In this document: positions 61,533 through 64,000 of the stretch, in pieces
How the letters are laid out: each line of letters begins with the position of its first letter
How positions within the stretch are numbered: position 1 is the first letter of the stretch
Assembly: GCA_963823665.1 (NCBI GenBank)
Contig: CAWGMQ010000003.1
Span: 1,184,001-1,248,000, forward strand
Length of the DNA: 64,000 bases
Reading direction: 5' to 3'
Source of the DNA: an uncultured Planctomycetota bacterium
GTDB taxonomy: Bacteria > Planctomycetota > Planctomycetia > Isosphaerales > Isosphaeraceae
The notes under the pieces: model-generated
Told to the model about the DNA's origin: nothing
Databases searched by the model: none
What the model saw: the letters and a program-made list of their open reading frames with translations, nothing else
Made by a program: the position numbers and the translations under genes

Positions 61533-62866
61533 TAGAGCCCTGCCTGCCACAATGCGCGCAGCCGTGTCAGCCGCGCGACAATCTCGGGCCGCCCAGCCGC
61601 AAGATTCGTCTTCTCCGATGGATCTTCCCTCAAATTGACCAGGTACGCCCCGCGGATCACCTTTCCCGGGGAGCGCTCGGTTGTGTCTTCGACGTCGAAC
61701 ATGAGCTTCCAGTCCCCCTCGCGCACGGCCCAGCTCTTGCCAATCTGCCAGTGCAGTACGGCATGCGGAGACGGAACCCGTCCGTCCTTGATGACCGCTA
61801 CCAAGCTCTTGCCATCAAGCATCACCTCCGGCACTTTCACGCCGCATAGTTCGGCAATCGTCGGCAACCAATCACAACCGTAACCCACCTGCGGCCGAAC
61901 CTCATTCTCGGGCAGCCGGCCCGACCAGCTTATGATCGCGGGCACGCGAATGCCCCCCTCGAACAGGCTGAACTTGGCGCCGCGATAGATGCCCGCGCTC
62001 CCGCCTCCCCAGAAAGAGCGTTCTTCCGTCGAGTGGCCGTGATCGGACTGAACGATCACAACCGTGCGCTCCCGCAAGCCGAGCGAGTCAACCTTCGCCA
62101 GCAGCTTGCCGATCCGCTCGTCCATCGTCCGCAGAAACGCCGCGTACAGATTACGCGGATGTTTGAGCGCGGCATAACGCGTGAGCCACTCGGGGTCGCC
62201 CTGCAATGGGTAATGAGGAGCGTTGATGGCGAAGTACAGGAAGAACGGCCGGTCTCGATTCCGTTCGAGAAAGGCGCCTGCTTCCTCGACCATCAGATCG
62301 CCGAAAAATCGCCCGGGCAACTGGACCTCCCGGCCGTCACGAAACAGGTCGTGCCGGTTCGGACCGCCCCAGTAAACAAAATGTGAATAATTGTCGATAC
62401 AACCACCCAAGTGGCCGAACGCGAAGTCGAAGCCCTGCCCCGCGGGCATCGTTTCCAGGCTGAAGCCGAGGTGCCACTTACCGACCAGGCCGGTAGCGTA
62501 CCCCGCCGACTTGAGCATCTCGGCAAGCGTGATCTCCCGCCCCGGCATTCCGGCAACACCCGCGTCGGCCGAGGCATTCGAAGGCATTCCGGCACGGAAC
62601 GGATGACGGCCGGTGAGCAGCCCCGCACGCGACGGCGAACAGACCGGTGCTGCAGCATAGAACTGACTGAATCGAACGCCGCGCTTCGCGAGGGCATCAA
62701 GATGCGGCGTTTCGACATCAGTCGCGCCCGCGGCCCCCAGGTCCGCGGTCCCCTGGTCGTCCGTCATGATCACGATCACGTTCGGCCGCTCCTCCGCGAC
62801 CGCCGCCGCAGCCGAGACTACGCTCAAGAAGATCGCGGCAATCAAGACGCGGATTGCATCACTCAT
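61532..62866 (-). CDS. Formylglycine-dependent sulfatase
   Basis: Signal peptide, RPNVIVIMTDDQG, CSPSRAGLLTGR, GKWHLG, SDHG and FEGGIRVP. Confidence 0.95.
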   Translation of the reverse strand: MSDAIRVLIAAIFLSVVSAAAAVAEERPNVIVIMTDDQGTADLGAAGATDVETPHLDALAKRGVRFSQFYAAAPVCSPSRAGLLTGRHPFRAGMPSNASADAGVAGMPGREITLAEMLKSAGYATGLVGKWHLGFSLETMPAGQGFDFAFGHLGGCIDNYSHFVYWGGPNRHDLFRDGREVQLPGRFFGDLMVEEAGAFLERNRDRPFFLYFAINAPHYPLQGDPEWLTRYAALKHPRNLYAAFLRTMDERIGKLLAKVDSLGLRERTVVIVQSDHGHSTEERSFWGGGSAGIYRGAKFSLFEGGIRVPAIISWSGRLPENEVRPQVGYGCDWLPTIAELCGVKVPEVMLDGKSLVAVIKDGRVPSPHAVLHWQIGKSWAVREGDWKLMFDVEDTTERSPGKVIRGAYLVNLREDPSEKTNLAAGRPEIVARLTRLRALWQAGL

Positions 62867-63065
62867 TGAACGGTTTCCGGTGCCCCGTGTTCGCCTGTCG
62901 ACCCCGTCGAAGTCGGTGTGACTGGAACAATCTGCACAATCGTTTGAGTTTCTCATCGAGCGGGACGATCTGATAAAGGGAGTGCCGATCGCGCTCGGCG
63001 ATCTGCGTCGCGCCATCCACCCAACGACACGCAAGGTGGGCTCCCGGGCCGTCGAGGGTGAGGTC

Positions 63066-64000
63066 ATGGCCGGTCGGAAGGCTTCATACTCCCTGTCGAC
63101 GCGGCTCTTTGCAACGATGCTGATGTTGCTACCCCTCCTCTCGGGCTGCGTCCTCGGCCCGACTGCCCTGCGAAAAACCCACGGGCGCTATCACGACGCA
63201 GTGAAGCAGGTGCAGGATGAGGCGCTCCTGCGCAACCTGGTCCGGCTCCGCTATACCGAAGCGCTCAGCACGCTGGATATCGCCTCGATCACCGCGCAGT
63301 TCGAGGCCGATGCCAGCGCCGAGGCGAGGCCCTTCTTCGGCACCCCGAATCCGGCCGGTACCAATATCTTCAGGACCTTCACGAAGGTCTTGCCCGATGT
63401 CCTCGTGAGCGGCGCCGACCGGCCGACCATTTCGCTCCAGCCATCGGATGAATCACAAGAAATCAATCGTTTCCTCAAGCGATTGAATGCAGAGAACTTC
63501 GCATTTTTCGTCGAGAGCGGGATCTCGCCGACCACGCTGGCAATGCTCTGGTTCGATGCCGTCAACCGCGTCAACAACGCACCGGCCGTGCGCAAAGCGA
63601 ACCTGCTCGACGCCGAGATCCGCGACTTTGCCGCATTTCGTCGGGCTATCGAACTGCTCGACGAGCTCGAACGGAACAAGATCGTCCAGTTCGTCGTGCG
63701 CGAGCCCTTTCGACCACTCGGCCGCCCTGTCGCCGCTGAGCGGGTTTCGCAGTCCGATCTGCTCGAGGCCGCCAAGGAAGGGATGGAGTATCAGGACGGC
63801 CCGAGCCCGGGAACACTCGCGCTGTCGCGGCGACAGCGAAGCCTGCAGCTCAAGATCAATCACCTGGCGCTCGCGTGCCCGCAGCTTCTGGAATTCTGCC
63901 ACCTGCTGAACCTCGAGCCTGGCCTGTCGGAGTATGAGTTGATCGTGGGCGAGGCCGACCCGTTCCCGGAATCCGTTCCGCCCGCGCCCCGCAGGCAGAT
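63066..64000 (+). CDS. Hypothetical lipoprotein (runs off the window; absent from the ORF track)
   Basis: GAGG SD; MAGRKAS...LLSGCVLGPTALRKTHGRYHDAVKQVQDEALLRNLVRLRY; lipobox LSGC; no stop seen before the window end. Confidence 0.75.
   Translation, partial: MAGRKASYSLSTRLFATMLMLLPLLSGCVLGPTALRKTHGRYHDAVKQVQDEALLRNLVRLRYTEALSTLDIASITAQFEADASAEARPFFGTPNPAGTNIFRTFTKVLPDVLVSGADRPTISLQPSDESQEINRFLKRLNAENFAFFVESGISPTTLAMLWFDAVNRVNNAPAVRKANLLDAEIRDFAAFRRAIELLDELERNKIVQFVVREPFRPLGRPVAAERVSQSDLLEAAKEGMEYQDGPSPGTLALSRRQRSLQLKINHLALACPQLLEFCHLLNLEPGLSEYELIVGEADPFPESVPPAPRRQ

Noticed and set aside
62896..62922. Second ECF42 promoter (TGTCGA-N17-TGAC) upstream of the last lipoprotein gene
   Set aside because: The -10 element mismatches, and such short GC-rich matches occur by chance.

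Overview
High-GC bacterial chromosome window, very probably from a planctomycete (Isosphaeraceae-like by inference). Evidence: two secreted proteins carry the planctomycete 'LE(S/D)R.(L/M)L' N-terminal motif, and the window also holds a PVC-type CxxCH protein, a CRTAC1/ASPIC protein, a sulfatase and an ECF42 sigma factor. The left third is mostly core genes: the end of a SpoA-domain (SctQ/FliM-FliN-like) operon, MFS transporters, nagB-like, lpxI-lpxD, tsaD, an S41 protease, eda and mdh. The centre holds a ~4,600-codon secreted RHS/YD protein with five 411-bp tandem repeats, an AT-shifted hydrophobic cassette placed internally after a degenerate RHS core, and a C-terminal dockerin. It is followed by a decayed TA/ATPase islet. 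An RbfA-like gene has a sigma70-like promoter, a ~330-nt structured leader, and a strongly initiated 40-codon uORF ending in a (TGAC)n all-frame stop run; this uORF is in frame with the RbfA-like gene. The right end has rtcA and an ECF42 module (palindromic promoter, small ORF, YciI, BNR propeller, GG-ending MoaD/ThiS-like protein) bracketed by GTAG-type REP-like repeats. At least nine genes are broken by 1-2 nt indels, mostly in AGCT or GCGC/CGCG contexts; these are most likely long-read errors. No rRNA, tRNA, CRISPR array or transposase was recognised. All family calls come from motif recognition by eye; no database searches were run.
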